This document shows, one piece after another, positions 19,604 to 30,352 of a stretch of 64,000 nucleotides of DNA (the stretch's first letter is position 1; each line of letters opens with the position of its first letter). The stretch spans positions 12,127 to 76,126 of the forward strand of contig JBIPSI010000027.1 in NCBI GenBank assembly GCA_044070495.1, written 5' to 3'. Origin of the DNA: Spirulina sp. (GTDB lineage Bacteria; Cyanobacteriota; Cyanobacteriia; Phormidesmidales; Phormidesmidaceae). Below the pieces are notes generated by a model that saw nothing but the letters and a program-made list of their open reading frames with translations, made no database searches and was not told where the DNA came from. Position numbers and translations under genes: made by a program.

Positions 19604-20773
19604 CTAACGGCCAAACCCTTTGCCTCGGCTGACGGTGGGTACGCAGAGGCAGTGATTGAGCTGCTCTCGCAGGGTGTCGTGGTCGAGGTTTTGGCCGATC
19701 AGCACCAGTTGATTTTTGGGTGCGCCTTTCCAATCGTCGTCATCCAAGGAAAAGCGCTTGCCGCTGAGGTGGAAGATGTGGCGCTTGGGGCTTTCGTCGA
19801 ACCAGAGGAGGCCCTTGGCCCGGAAGACCGCTTCGGGCAGTTGGTTATCTAAAAAGTACTGAAACTTGCGAATGGCAAAGGGGCGGTCGCTGGCAAAGGA
19901 GAGGGACGTAAACCCATCAATGGCCAGGTGGTCGGAATGGTGGTGCCCGTGGTGATCATGCCCGTGGTGGTCGTGATCGTCCCCGTGATCATGCTCGCAG
20001 TGGCCATGATCGTGGTCGCAATGGCTGTGGTCGTGGTGGTCGTGCCCGTGATCGTGGTCGTGCCCCTGGTGGTCATGCCCGTGATCGTGGCCATCGCTGG
20101 GGGCAAAGTATTGGTCGGTTTCAAACAGACCCACGCTGAGAATGAGGGGCAGCGGCACCTGGGACTTCACGGTTCTCAGAATTCGCGCCCCTTCCTTTAC
20201 ATCGCGAATTTTGACTTCTAGCAAATCTAAGTCGGCCTCATCCACGAGGTCGGTCTTGTTCAGCAGAATGATGTCGCCGTAGGCAATTTGGTTGTGGGCC
20301 GCTTGGCTGTTGAACAAATCGAGGCTGTAGTTCTCGGCATCCACTACTGTCACAATGGAATCTAGCCGAGTCAAGTCCCGCAGTTCCGTCCCCAAAAAGG
20401 TGAGGGCAATGGGTAGCGGATCGGCTAGTCCCGTGGTCTCCACCACTAGGTAATCAATCTTGTCCTGGCGTTCTAGCACCTTATACACCGCCTCCATCAG
20501 GTCGTTGTTGATGGTGCAGCAGATGCAGCCGTTGCTGAGTTCCACCATGGTGTCGTCGCCCGTGTCGGCGGTGATCAGCAGGTCGTTATCAATGCCGATT
20601 TCCCCAAATTCGTTGACCAAAACGGCGGTCTTTAGTCCCTCTTGGTTAGACAGAATGTGGTTGAGCAGGGTGGTTTTGCCGCTGCCGAGAAAACCAGTGA
20701 TGATGGTGACGGGTAACCCATGTTTGGTGTCATCCATCGTCGAAGACGACAGGGGAGGAGCAACGGTAGACAT
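19604..20773 (-). CDS. COG0523/CobW-family metal chaperone GTPase
   Basis: GFLGSGKTT, NGCICC, ETTGLADP, long His-rich insert. Confidence 0.92.
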   Translation of the reverse strand: MSTVAPPLSSSTMDDTKHGLPVTIITGFLGSGKTTLLNHILSNQEGLKTAVLVNEFGEIGIDNDLLITADTGDDTMVELSNGCICCTINNDLMEAVYKVLERQDKIDYLVVETTGLADPLPIALTFLGTELRDLTRLDSIVTVVDAENYSLDLFNSQAAHNQIAYGDIILLNKTDLVDEADLDLLEVKIRDVKEGARILRTVKSQVPLPLILSVGLFETDQYFAPSDGHDHGHDHQGHDHDHGHDHHDHSHCDHDHGHCEHDHGDDHDHHGHDHHGHHHSDHLAIDGFTSLSFASDRPFAIRKFQYFLDNQLPEAVFRAKGLLWFDESPKRHIFHLSGKRFSLDDDDWKGAPKNQLVLIGQNLDHDTLREQLNHCLCVPTVSRGKGFGR

Positions 20774-20895
20774 GACAGATCGCGCAACGGAGAACATTCT
20801 CCATACTAGCGATCAATCTCAAGGAATGCGTCCCCTATCGGGATGCACCCTAGGGCAATGCTAGACTGCATGGGTAAGCCTTGGGCCATGGCACG

Positions 20896-21972
20896 ATGGC
20901 ACAAACCACCGCCTTGAAAGATTTTCCCCATTCCGTCCCGATCCCTAGTGAGGGCGCAACCCCCACCATTGAGGTGCACCTCAGCCTTGCGCCGATGATG
21001 GATCGCACGGATCGGCACTACCGCTACTTCATGCGGCAGATTAGCCGTCGTACCCTGCTATATACCGAAATGGTGACGGCCCAGGCGATTCACTACGGAG
21101 ATCGGGATCATCTGCTGGGCTTTACGCCGGACGAGCGGCCCCTGGTGTTGCAGGTGGGCGGCGACGATCCGGCCCTTTTGGTAGAAGCCACTAGGGCAGC
21201 GGCGGACTTTGGCTACGATGCCATTAACCTGAATGTGGGTTGCCCCAGCGACCGGGTGCAGAGCGGCAACTTTGGGGCCTGTTTGATGACCCAACCCCAG
21301 CGGGTGGCCGAGGCGGTGGCAGCGATGAGGGCCGCGAGTTCCCTACCCGTGAGCGTGAAGCACCGCATTGGAGTAGACGACCTGGATCGCTACGAGGACA
21401 TGGTGAATTTTGTGAACACCGTGGCCCAAACGGGCTGTCGGCATTTTACGGTTCATGCCCGCAAGGCGTGGCTCCAGGGCCTTAGCCCAAAAGATAACCG
21501 CACCGTGCCGCCCCTGCGCTACGGGGATGTGTACCGCCTCAAACAAGACTTTCCCCACCTGTGGATTGAAATTAACGGCGGCATTGTCACGCTCGATCAG
21601 GCTGCTGACCATCTCAAACACGTAGACGCTGTGATGATTGGCCGCGCCGCCTACGACAATCCCTACCTGTTTGCCGAGGTGGATCGGCGCTTCTTTGGGG
21701 CCACGGAAGATCCCCTGACTCGATTTCAGGTGGTCGAAACCCTACTGCCCTACATCGACCACTGGACGAGCCGGGGGCTGAAACTGAACAAAATCACCCG
21801 CCATCTGCTGATGCTCTTTGCCGGACAACCGGGCAGCCGCCACTGGAAGCGCATTCTGACGGAGGAATCCTGCAAACCCAATGCCGGGGTGGAGGTGGTA
21901 CAACGCGCCCTCCAGGTGGTTCAGCAGTCAGCCGCCCAGCAGGCCGAAATCGAAGCCCTAAACAAGCCTTAA
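20896..21972 (+). CDS. dusA: tRNA dihydrouridine(20/20a) synthase
   Basis: APMMDRTDRH, NLNVGCPS, VHARKAWLQGLSPK. Confidence 0.93.
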   Translation: MAQTTALKDFPHSVPIPSEGATPTIEVHLSLAPMMDRTDRHYRYFMRQISRRTLLYTEMVTAQAIHYGDRDHLLGFTPDERPLVLQVGGDDPALLVEATRAAADFGYDAINLNVGCPSDRVQSGNFGACLMTQPQRVAEAVAAMRAASSLPVSVKHRIGVDDLDRYEDMVNFVNTVAQTGCRHFTVHARKAWLQGLSPKDNRTVPPLRYGDVYRLKQDFPHLWIEINGGIVTLDQAADHLKHVDAVMIGRAAYDNPYLFAEVDRRFFGATEDPLTRFQVVETLLPYIDHWTSRGLKLNKITRHLLMLFAGQPGSRHWKRILTEESCKPNAGVEVVQRALQVVQQSAAQQAEIEALNKP

Positions 21973-22031
21973 AATAGGACTTTTAAGACCTAGCTGCCCA
22001 ATCTTAGCTTCTCATCCTAGACGCTCCACCT

Positions 22032-22748
22032 ATGACAAAACAAGCAACGGCACCCTACCAGCCCTTTTTGCTGCGGGTTTTGCACGGCGTTACTGCCCTG
22101 TGCCTGATTGCCGCCATCTTCACCGCCTATTGGACCTACGACACCTACGATGGCCGCTGGGGTGGCCCTTCTTTGCCTAAGTTTCCAGACATTGAGGGCA
22201 TTCACGGCACCTTTGGGCTGTGGACGCTGCTGATTTTTCCTGCCTTTGTGGTCTATGCCTTCCACCGAGGACAGCGGCGGCTGATGCAGCCCGACACCCT
22301 CGATAAACTCGCCCAGGTCGGCAAACCCGTTTGGTGGTACACCCTCAACCGCATCACCAATACCCTGGCCCTGCTGGCCCTCACCTTTGCCCTGTTCAGC
22401 GGCAAAATGATGGGATCCACTTGGCTGCCCGATGGCGAACTCTACCACGCCTGGTACTACGCCCACCTAATTTCCTGGGTGGTGATGGTGCTGGCCACGG
22501 CCCTTCACCTGTTGATGAGCGCCAGGGTCGGAGGTTCTCCGCTGCTGCTCTCCATGCTGAACTGGCAGTTTCGAGAAAAAGACAGCCCCGCCCACTGGCC
22601 GAATCATCTGTCGCAATGGTGGGCTGCAACGCAGCAGGGAGCCTGGAAAGGCTGGTTTCAGCCGATGACGGCCATGATTGCCCTAGAAATCGCCATTTTG
22701 GTCAGCATCGTCGCCGCCTGGATTATCCCGCTATTTAAGGTGAAGTAA
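22032..22748 (+). CDS. cytochrome b/b6-domain membrane protein
   Basis: TM helices with spaced His residues (RVLHG, IHGTFG, AHL, LHL). Confidence 0.75.
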   Translation: MTKQATAPYQPFLLRVLHGVTALCLIAAIFTAYWTYDTYDGRWGGPSLPKFPDIEGIHGTFGLWTLLIFPAFVVYAFHRGQRRLMQPDTLDKLAQVGKPVWWYTLNRITNTLALLALTFALFSGKMMGSTWLPDGELYHAWYYAHLISWVVMVLATALHLLMSARVGGSPLLLSMLNWQFREKDSPAHWPNHLSQWWAATQQGAWKGWFQPMTAMIALEIAILVSIVAAWIIPLFKVK

Positions 22749-22843
22749 TCCTGAGTTTGGGTTAAGCCAGCTCTGACATCAGTCTCTATCGGAGAGGTTT
22801 TTAGCGGACTAACTAACATAACGCCGAAAAGCATTGAGATCTC

Positions 22844-22927
22844 GTAGGTTGGGTGGCGCGATAGCAGAACCCAACACTCGCCGAGGATTTCGGGCTTGTT
22901 GGGTTCCGCTCCTCTGCACCCAACCTA
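22844..22927. repeat. GTAG-type REP-like doublet
   Basis: GTAGGTTGGGT..AACCCAAC..GTTGGGTT..CCCAACCTA; related to 33893-33958. Confidence 0.7.
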
Positions 22928-23038
22928 GTTTGGAGATGTGTCAGGCAATCAGGGTTTTTAGTCGGCTTCAGCAGACGTTTGCACTGAGCTAGGGAATGCA
23001 TTCCCCGACGATGGTTGACCTTAGGTGTGGTCAGTCCA

Positions 23039-23731
23039 TTAGACCGATGGGGGAAGGCTTTCGGGGGAAGCGGTGCCATTACCCAATCGGGCTTTCATAG
23101 CCGCTAATTCTTGATCTACGGGGGTTTTCTGGCTCTCTAGAGCGGCAAACTGGCGTTCTAGGGGATCGCCGCTGAGTTCTTCCATCGCCTCGGAACGGGC
23201 TTCTAGATCAAGCACCTGCTGTTCTACTCGGTCGAAGGCCGCCGTGGTGCTGCCGTTGCCGCCGATCATCTCCTGCAAACGTCGGGATGCCTCGGCGGAA
23301 CGGGCGCGGGCAATGTAGAGATCCTTTTGGGTTTTGGCCTCGGCAATTTTGGTCTCCAGGCGGTGCATGTTTTCCTTCATAGAAGTCACCACCTGCCGCT
23401 GTTGGCTCAGTTGATTGTCCATCACTAAGGCCGATTCTAGGGCCGTTTGGCGGCGGGTGAGAGCTTGTCGGGCCGACTCCTCATCGCCCTTTTTCAGGGC
23501 TAGTTCGGCCCGGTTGTACCACTCTTGGGCGGTGGTCTTGGCCTGGGCACTCTGCCGTTCCGTGCGCTTTTGGGTGGCAATGGCCTGGGCTACGGCCTGC
23601 CGCAGTTGCAGCAGATTGCTCTCCATTTCCATTAGCGCCTGTTCCAGGATTTTCTCCGGATCCTCGGCTTGATTCACCAGGCCGTTAAGGTTGGCACGCA
23701 GGGCACGAAAGGTACGATCAAACAGCCCCAT
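23039..23731 (-). CDS. pspA: PspA/IM30 family protein
   Basis: MGLFDR, AEDPEKILEQ, coiled coil, ELAAMKARL. Confidence 0.88.
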   Translation of the reverse strand: MGLFDRTFRALRANLNGLVNQAEDPEKILEQALMEMESNLLQLRQAVAQAIATQKRTERQSAQAKTTAQEWYNRAELALKKGDEESARQALTRRQTALESALVMDNQLSQQRQVVTSMKENMHRLETKIAEAKTQKDLYIARARSAEASRRLQEMIGGNGSTTAAFDRVEQQVLDLEARSEAMEELSGDPLERQFAALESQKTPVDQELAAMKARLGNGTASPESLPPSV

Positions 23732-23927
23732 AGATCTCTCCAGGTCTCCCAAACAAAACGGGTTGCATTGGTGTCTTGGTTCAGCATAACAGCCTGACCC
23801 AGGGTCGGGGGCAGATCCTAGAACCGCTCGATCCTATCGCTATCCAGCGGTAACGCTAACCGGTATTCAGGGAGATTCAGTAGATCGCAAAGCCCCCGCA
23901 GCCCTCACCCTAAATCCCTCTCCCCAA

Positions 23928-24098
23928 GGGCTACTAAGTACACACAAGTCCCAGATATAGCCCATGCTCTGGAAAGATCCCCCCTAGCCCCCCTTAAAAA
24001 GGGGGGAACCGGAGTCAAAGTCCCCCTTTTTAAGGGGGATTTAGGGGGATCTCCAAGGACTTGCGGGATGAAAGCAAGATGTGTGTACTTAGTAGCCC
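23928..24098. mobile_element. ~170-bp MITE nested in a CCCTCTCCC/GGGAGAGGG palindrome
   Basis: 19-bp perfect TIR GGGCTACTAAGTACACACA; duplicated target around CCAAG; internal CCCCCTT..AAGGGGG double hairpin. Confidence 0.85.
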
Positions 24099-24149
24099 CA
24101 AGGGAGAGGGACTTTGAGGATCGTTTGTGATCTACTGAGATTGGATGGC

Positions 24150-25667
24150 CTAGGGCGTGCTGAGAACCTGGGCTGGAATGCCCTGCTGCTGGAGTTGTTG
24201 CACCAGATCGCGGGCCGAGGATTCCTGGGAAAAGGCCCCCATCTGAATTTTGGATCCACCCTGAAAATCGCGCACGTAAGCATCGCCCACCACACTACGG
24301 GCCGACTCTAGGGACGGGTTGCCCGTGTACTCGGTGACCACGTAGTAATTGGGCCGAGCGGCGGGGGCTAGGGGGGCCGGGGGCGATACCGAAGGGGTCG
24401 GCGTGGGTGCGGTGGTTACGGTGCCGAGGGGCTGGGGTGGTTGAACACTGGCCGGGGGCGGCGCAACCGGAGCCTGGAGGGCCGGGGGCGGTGCTTGGGG
24501 GGGCGCTGGGGGAGCGCTGCGCGGGGCGGAGGGCTGGGGCGCAGCGGGACGGGCCGCACCAGGGGATACCGCACTCGGAGCCACCGTGGTGGGGGCCGAC
24601 CGACTGGGGGTGAGGGGCACCACAGGCTCGGTACGCAGGGTTCCCGCCGGACGCAGAGCCTCCGTTGACCGAGGCCGATCCTGGGTAGCTGCCTCCCCTG
24701 GCTCTGGATCGGCATCGGCACCCCTGGCATCGGTTTCTGCGGGAACCACGGGGGAAACCTGGCCCGTTCTAGAAGACTCCGCCGGGAGCCGACTGACGCG
24801 ATCTAGATCGAGGGGGCCAAATTCTTGGCCAGAGAGATCGGGGCCAATGCCCTGAAGCCCCGTGGGCAGAGGGATTGGTTCTGATGCGGTGGTTGGATCA
24901 TCCGTTCCGCCAGCAGAATCACCCATCTCCGACTCTGCATCTCCCTGAAAACGCTGTACCCAGGCATGGTTGCGGAGGTGATCAATCGCCGTGGGAGAGG
25001 TGACTAGGTAGCCAAAGCCCGCACTGCCCACCAGCAGCAGCAACAGCACCCCCATCCCCAGGGGCGTAGAGAGGCGTTGCGCCAGGGATGGCTCGTAGTG
25101 CTCCTCGTCTGAGTAGTACGTGTCTGGGTAGAAGGTGTCTAGATAGTCGTTAGAGTCGGGGTAAGCGGAATTGGAGGGCGCACTGTTGAGCAGGGCCTCT
25201 GTGCTTTCCAGGTAGGCGTCTGGGGTGGCGGCATAGGGCACCAGGGTGTTGCCCAGGAAGAGGTTGGGTTGGCCTGCTTCAGCGGCGGCGGGCACCTGAC
25301 CAGGAGGCATGGATCCAGATCCGGCAGGATGGGATTGTCCGTGGCTCACCGCCCCTGGGGTCGCGGTTTGGCCTGGAGTTTGGCCTGGAGTTTGACGTGA
25401 GCCTTGGCCCGAACGACGGGGTGACGCTGGCTGCTGTAGCGTAATCAGATTCAGAGAAGATCGGTTGGCCTTGGGCCGAAAGGTGAGGGGCCGCTGGGAA
25501 CGGGGGCGTGGCCCTTGGCCCGTGCGGCTGTGGCGATAGCGCAACAGCTCATCGTCTAGGTCAACCATCAGGCCAGTCAGGGCGCGATGCAGGATTGGAG
25601 CGGGAGCCGCCCCCCCTGGCTGGGAACGGGTAGGATTGGGGTTAGAACCGACCGACGGATGAACCAT
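24150..25667 (-). CDS. membrane-anchored Pro-rich protein with C-terminal SPOR-like domain
   Basis: LDDELLRYR, one TM helix, Pro/Ala linker, IQMGAFSQ..A..L..QL...GIPA. Confidence 0.75.
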   Translation of the reverse strand: MVHPSVGSNPNPTRSQPGGAAPAPILHRALTGLMVDLDDELLRYRHSRTGQGPRPRSQRPLTFRPKANRSSLNLITLQQPASPRRSGQGSRQTPGQTPGQTATPGAVSHGQSHPAGSGSMPPGQVPAAAEAGQPNLFLGNTLVPYAATPDAYLESTEALLNSAPSNSAYPDSNDYLDTFYPDTYYSDEEHYEPSLAQRLSTPLGMGVLLLLLVGSAGFGYLVTSPTAIDHLRNHAWVQRFQGDAESEMGDSAGGTDDPTTASEPIPLPTGLQGIGPDLSGQEFGPLDLDRVSRLPAESSRTGQVSPVVPAETDARGADADPEPGEAATQDRPRSTEALRPAGTLRTEPVVPLTPSRSAPTTVAPSAVSPGAARPAAPQPSAPRSAPPAPPQAPPPALQAPVAPPPASVQPPQPLGTVTTAPTPTPSVSPPAPLAPAARPNYYVVTEYTGNPSLESARSVVGDAYVRDFQGGSKIQMGAFSQESSARDLVQQLQQQGIPAQVLSTP

Positions 25668-25824
25668 GGTGTGACGTGTCCTAGACGACCGAGCAAAGGA
25701 ACACCCTAATAGTACTGATTTCTTCCCAGTTGACAACGTTAGTTACGGTCTGGTGCCATCCAATGACGGTCTGGTGACCCCAGGTTATGGTCTAGTTCTC
25801 CCTCGGCAACCCCCGGTGTTTTCC

Positions 25825-26451
25825 ATGCCCTTAGATGCCATTGGCCAAGTCTTTCAGCAGCTTGAGCGCCAGCCCGCCTGGCGTAGTCGGGGGCAGTTTC
25901 GACGCATTTTAGAGCACTGGTCAACGGTGGTTGGCCCAGCGGTGGCCCGACAGTCGAGACCCGTGCGGCTAGATCAAAAAATTCTGTATGTGGCGGTGAT
26001 TAACCCCATGTGGGCGCAAACCCTCACCCTAGAACGGCTCACGATTCTTAATAAACTCAATCAGCAGCTAGGGCTAGATCTCGCTGACCTACGGTTTTCT
26101 AGCGGCGATTGGTTCCGTCGCCCTAACCCCAAAGCGCCCCTCACCGAACCCGTGGTTGACAACCTGCCCGACTGGCTGCGGCAACACCCCAGCTTCGAGC
26201 CAGGGGCCATCTCCACCCCACCGCCCGCCGACCATCCCCTCAGCCCCCAAGAAAGCTTTCAACGGTGGGCCGCCCTAGCCCAGGGCATGGCCGCGAGTCG
26301 AATGCTGTGCCCAGACTGCCACTGCCCCACTCCACCGGGCGAGATTCAGCGCTGGTCACGCTGTAGCATCTGTGCCGCCAAACGCTTCAGCCAAAATGGG
26401 CAGGCCCAGGGCCACCGGGAAGCCCTGCCGCCATGGAAGCCCCAATCCTAA
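25825..26451 (+). CDS. DUF721 / DciA-like protein with zinc ribbon
   Basis: WSTVVG..VA..SRP, LYVAV..PMWAQTL, CxxC...CxxC. Confidence 0.8.
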   Translation: MPLDAIGQVFQQLERQPAWRSRGQFRRILEHWSTVVGPAVARQSRPVRLDQKILYVAVINPMWAQTLTLERLTILNKLNQQLGLDLADLRFSSGDWFRRPNPKAPLTEPVVDNLPDWLRQHPSFEPGAISTPPPADHPLSPQESFQRWAALAQGMAASRMLCPDCHCPTPPGEIQRWSRCSICAAKRFSQNGQAQGHREALPPWKPQS

Positions 26452-26638
26452 TCTGAATTGCCTGAAATTGCCGAAACACTGTATCTAGGGTGATCGGATT
26501 CTATAGTTATTGGGTACTCGCTAGATGTAGCCCTTCAAATCCGCTACCCTTAGGGTCAGCAAGACTGCTTTAGGTGCCCTCTGATCTGGAAAACAGGGCG
26601 GCAAAGCAGTAAAATAGTACTACTTAAAATTTTCCGCC

Positions 26639-29239
26639 ATGACCTTCGTCGGCCTTCACATCCACAGCGCCTACAGCCTGCTCGACGGGGCCAGTCAACT
26701 GCCTCAACTGGTAGAACGGGCCAAGGAATTGGGGATGCCCGCCATCGCCCTCACCGACCACGGGGTGATGTATGGCGCGATTGAACTCATCAAGGTGTGC
26801 AAAGGCTCGGATGTGAAGCCGATCATCGGCAACGAGATGTACATCATCAACGGCGACATCACCCAGCAGCAGCGTCGCCCCCGCTACCACCAGGTGGTTT
26901 TGGCGAAGAACACCCAGGGCTATAAGAATCTCGTCAAACTCACGACGATTTCCCACCTCCAGGGCGTCCAGGGTAAGGGGATTTTTTCGCGCCCCTGCAT
27001 TAATAAGGAGTTGCTGGAGCAGTACCGGGAGGGGCTGATCGTCACCAGCGCTTGTTTGGGTGGGGAAGTCCCCCAGGCCATTTTGCAGAAGCGGCCCGAT
27101 GTGGCGCGGCGGGTGGCCCAGTGGTACAAGGATCTGTTCGGCGAAGATTACTACCTAGAACTCCAGGATCACGGCTCCCCGGAAGACCGGGTGGTGAATG
27201 TGGAAATCCTCAAAATCGCCCGCGAACTCGACATCAAAATCATCTGCACCAACGATTCTCACTACATTTCCTGCAACGATGTGGAGGCCCACGACGCGCT
27301 GCTCTGCATCCAAACGGGCAAGCTGCTGACCGAAGACAAACGCCTGCGCTACAGCGGCACCGAGTACCTGAAATCCGCCGACGAAATGCGGCTGCTGTTC
27401 CGCGACCACCTGGAACCGGAGGTGATTGAAGAGGCCATCGCCACCACCCTAGAAGTGGCCGACAAGGTGGAGGAATACACCGGCATCCTCGGCCAACCCC
27501 GCATTCCCGACTTTCCCATTCCGCCCGAATTTAACGACGATGCCGGAGCCTACATGGCCCATGTGGCGCGGGAGGGGCTGGTCAAACGCATGAAGGCGAC
27601 CGGCTACGACGAGATTTCCCAAGACTACCGAGATCGCCTCGAATACGAAATCGAGATGATGATTCAGATGGGGTTCCCCACCTATTTTCTGGTGGTGTGG
27701 GACTACATCCGCTTCGCCCGTGATAACAATATTCCCGTCGGCCCAGGGCGCGGTTCGGCGGCGGGTTCCCTGGTGGCCTACGCCATGGGCATCACCAACA
27801 TCGACCCCATCCACCACGGACTGCTGTTCGAGCGATTTCTCAACCCCGAACGCAAGTCGATGCCGGATATTGACACCGACTTCTGCATCGACCGCCGCGA
27901 GGAAGTGATCCAATACGTCACCCGTCGCTACGGCGAAGAGCGGGTGGCCCAAATCATCACCTTCAACCGCATGACCTCGAAGGCGGTGCTGAAGGATGTG
28001 GCCCGCGTGCTGGATATTCCCTACGCCGAATCCGACCGGATGGCGAAGCTGATCCCCGTCGCCCGTGGCAAGCCCACCAAACTGAAGGTGATGATCTCCG
28101 ACGACACCCCCGCCCCGGAGTTCAAGGACAAGTACGACAACGATCCCCAAACCCGCCGCTGGATCGACATGGCCCTGCGCATCGAAGGCACCAACAAAAC
28201 CTTCGGAATGCACGCCGCCGGGGTGGTGATTTCTAAGGATCCCCTAGACGAAATTGTGCCCCTCCAGCGCAACAACGATGGCCAGGTGATCACCCAATAC
28301 TACATGGAAGATGTGGAAGCCCTGGGCCTCCTAAAAATGGACTTTTTGGGTTTGCGAAACCTCACCATGATCCAAAAAACCTTGGATCTAATTGAGTCTA
28401 CCCACGGCATCAAAATCGACCCCGATGATTTGCCCATGGACGATCCCGCCACCTTTAAGCTATTAGAAAAAGGCGACCTCGGTGGTGTCTTCCAGCTCGA
28501 ATCTTCTGGGATGCGTCAAATCGTCCGCGACCTCAAACCTTCCGGTCTAGAGGATATTTCTTCAGTCCTCGCCCTCTACCGTCCCGGCCCACTAGATGCC
28601 GGACTGATCCCCAAATTCATCAACCGCAAACACGGGCGCGAAAAAATCGACTTCGCCGACGAAATCCTTAAGCCCATCCTCAGCGAAACCTACGGCATCA
28701 TGGTCTACCAAGAGCAGATCATGAAAATTGCCCAGGATATGGGCGGCTACTCCCTCGGCCAAGCCGACCTGCTGCGGCGGGCCATGGGTAAAAAGAAAAT
28801 GTCCGAAATGCTCAAGCACCAGGAAAACTTCGTCGGCGGTGCGATGCAGAAGGGCGTCGCCAAAAAGGTGGCCGAAGAACTCTGGGATCAAATGGTGAAG
28901 TTCGCCGAATACTGCCTCAGCGCCGACACCGAACTGCTGACCCTGGAATACGGCCCCCTCACCATCGGTGAAATCGTCGCCAAACGTATCCCCTGTCAGG
29001 TCTTCAGCGTCGATGAGCAGGGTTTTGTCTACACCCAACCCATCGCCCAATGGCACAATCGTGGCCAGCAAGAGGTTTTTGAATACCACCTCGACGACGG
29101 CACCACCATCCGCGCCACCGCCGACCACCAATTTATGACCACCACCGGGGAAATGCTGCCCATCGACGAAATCTTTGAGCGTGGGCTAGAGTTGAAGCAG
29201 GTTGAAGCGCCCTGGCCCAAGGTGCTGCGATGTGCGTGA
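26639..29239 (+). CDS. dnaE-n: DNA polymerase III alpha N-terminal part with split intein N-fragment
   Basis: PHP motifs ([16 protein letters not shown]), [15 protein letters not shown], junction [12 protein letters not shown]. Confidence 0.97.
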   Translation: MTFVGLHIHSAYSLLDGASQLPQLVERAKELGMPAIALTDHGVMYGAIELIKVCKGSDVKPIIGNEMYIINGDITQQQRRPRYHQVVLAKNTQGYKNLVKLTTISHLQGVQGKGIFSRPCINKELLEQYREGLIVTSACLGGEVPQAILQKRPDVARRVAQWYKDLFGEDYYLELQDHGSPEDRVVNVEILKIARELDIKIICTNDSHYISCNDVEAHDALLCIQTGKLLTEDKRLRYSGTEYLKSADEMRLLFRDHLEPEVIEEAIATTLEVADKVEEYTGILGQPRIPDFPIPPEFNDDAGAYMAHVAREGLVKRMKATGYDEISQDYRDRLEYEIEMMIQMGFPTYFLVVWDYIRFARDNNIPVGPGRGSAAGSLVAYAMGITNIDPIHHGLLFERFLNPERKSMPDIDTDFCIDRREEVIQYVTRRYGEERVAQIITFNRMTSKAVLKDVARVLDIPYAESDRMAKLIPVARGKPTKLKVMISDDTPAPEFKDKYDNDPQTRRWIDMALRIEGTNKTFGMHAAGVVISKDPLDEIVPLQRNNDGQVITQYYMEDVEALGLLKMDFLGLRNLTMIQKTLDLIESTHGIKIDPDDLPMDDPATFKLLEKGDLGGVFQLESSGMRQIVRDLKPSGLEDISSVLALYRPGPLDAGLIPKFINRKHGREKIDFADEILKPILSETYGIMVYQEQIMKIAQDMGGYSLGQADLLRRAMGKKKMSEMLKHQENFVGGAMQKGVAKKVAEELWDQMVKFAEYCLSADTELLTLEYGPLTIGEIVAKRIPCQVFSVDEQGFVYTQPIAQWHNRGQQEVFEYHLDDGTTIRATADHQFMTTTGEMLPIDEIFERGLELKQVEAPWPKVLRCA
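28913..29236 (+). other. DnaE split intein N-fragment (108 aa)
   Basis: CLSADTE block A, ATADHQF block B. Confidence 0.92.
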
Positions 29240-29248
29240 GGCCATGTT

Positions 29249-29665
29249 ATGCCTAGGCTAGATATCATTCATGATGCCGTCAAAAACGCCCTCATTCGGG
29301 ATGGTTGGACAATTACCGATGATCCCTACGTCATTCAGTATCGAAGAACTACTCTCTATGCCGACCTTGGTGCTGAACGCCCAATTGCGGCTGAACGAAG
29401 TGGCCGACGACTGGTTGTAGAGGTCAGAAGTTTTGTCGGTGCCTCTAAAATCCAGGATTTGAAGGAAGCTCTGGGACAATATGATATTTATCGCTATCTT
29501 TTAGAGGAAATAGCCCCAGACCGTAAGCTATACATTGCCATTAGTACAGCAACACACAAAACCTTATTTACTCAAGATTTTGCCCAGCTTATTCTTCAAA
29601 AGCACCAACTACCTATCATCGTTGTAAACCTGGATGCGGAGGAAATCGAGCAATGGATAAACTAA
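29249..29665 (+). CDS. xisH: XisH family protein
   Basis: HDAVKNALIRDGWTITDDP, DLGAE, ALGQY. Confidence 0.92.
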   Translation: MPRLDIIHDAVKNALIRDGWTITDDPYVIQYRRTTLYADLGAERPIAAERSGRRLVVEVRSFVGASKIQDLKEALGQYDIYRYLLEEIAPDRKLYIAISTATHKTLFTQDFAQLILQKHQLPIIVVNLDAEEIEQWIN

Positions 29666-29997
29666 TCGAGTACCCTCAGATTCTTAAGGCGATTTTGACG
29701 AAACACGCGGAAATTTGCGATCATCATCCTGATCCTAACGTTGAGAAGTTTTTGATTTTTGATGAAGAAAGAGGTCACTATATTTGGATGACTTTGGGTT
29801 GGCAAAAGGCAGAACGAATTGCGGGTATGACCATCTATGTTCGTATCCACGATGGTAAATTCTGGATTGAAGAAGACTTAACTGAAGAAGGCATCGCAAC
29901 GGACTTGATTCAAATGGGAGTTTCTAAAGAGGACATTATTTTGGCCTTTCATGAACCCAGAATGCGACAGTACACAGACTTCGCAATAGCTTCCTAA
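29653..29997 (+). CDS. xisI: XisI family protein
   Basis: MDKL, GKFWIEEDLTEEGIATDL...GVSKEDIILAFH. Confidence 0.92.
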   Translation: MDKLIEYPQILKAILTKHAEICDHHPDPNVEKFLIFDEERGHYIWMTLGWQKAERIAGMTIYVRIHDGKFWIEEDLTEEGIATDLIQMGVSKEDIILAFHEPRMRQYTDFAIAS

Positions 29998-30106
29998 CTC
30001 AAGATTATAAGCATCTAAGTTGATTAATTGGTTAACCCTAAAAACGACTTGATGAGGTCGATCCTCATAGCCTAAAGCAGTAATCATTAACTTTCTTTAC
30101 GAAGCC

Positions 30107-30352
30107 ATGAGTGTCACTATTCCCGATGACATCGTTCAGTCAACTCACATGACTGAAGACGAGCTAAAAATAGAGATTGCTGTCATGCTGTATAACCAGC
30201 AAAAAATCAGTAGTGGAAAAGCTCGTTCCTGGACTGGGTTAACGGTCATCGAGTTTCAACACGAATTGGCAAAGCGCGGGCTGTTTATCAACTACGATGT
30301 AGAAGATTTAGAGGCCGACATTAAAACCCTGCAATCTTTAGAACTATTGTGA
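30107..30352 (+). CDS. UPF0175 family putative antitoxin
   Basis: EIAVMLY..KISSGKA, FQHELAKRG, YDVEDL. Confidence 0.85.
   Translation: MSVTIPDDIVQSTHMTEDELKIEIAVMLYNQQKISSGKARSWTGLTVIEFQHELAKRGLFINYDVEDLEADIKTLQSLELL

Noticed and set aside
19930..20095. repeat-like DNA in cobW
   Set aside because: encodes the usual His-rich linker of COG0523 proteins
27449..28213. 254-aa antisense ORF in dnaE-n
   Set aside because: shadow ORF caused by GC3-biased codon usage; the same applies to most nested ORFs in the track
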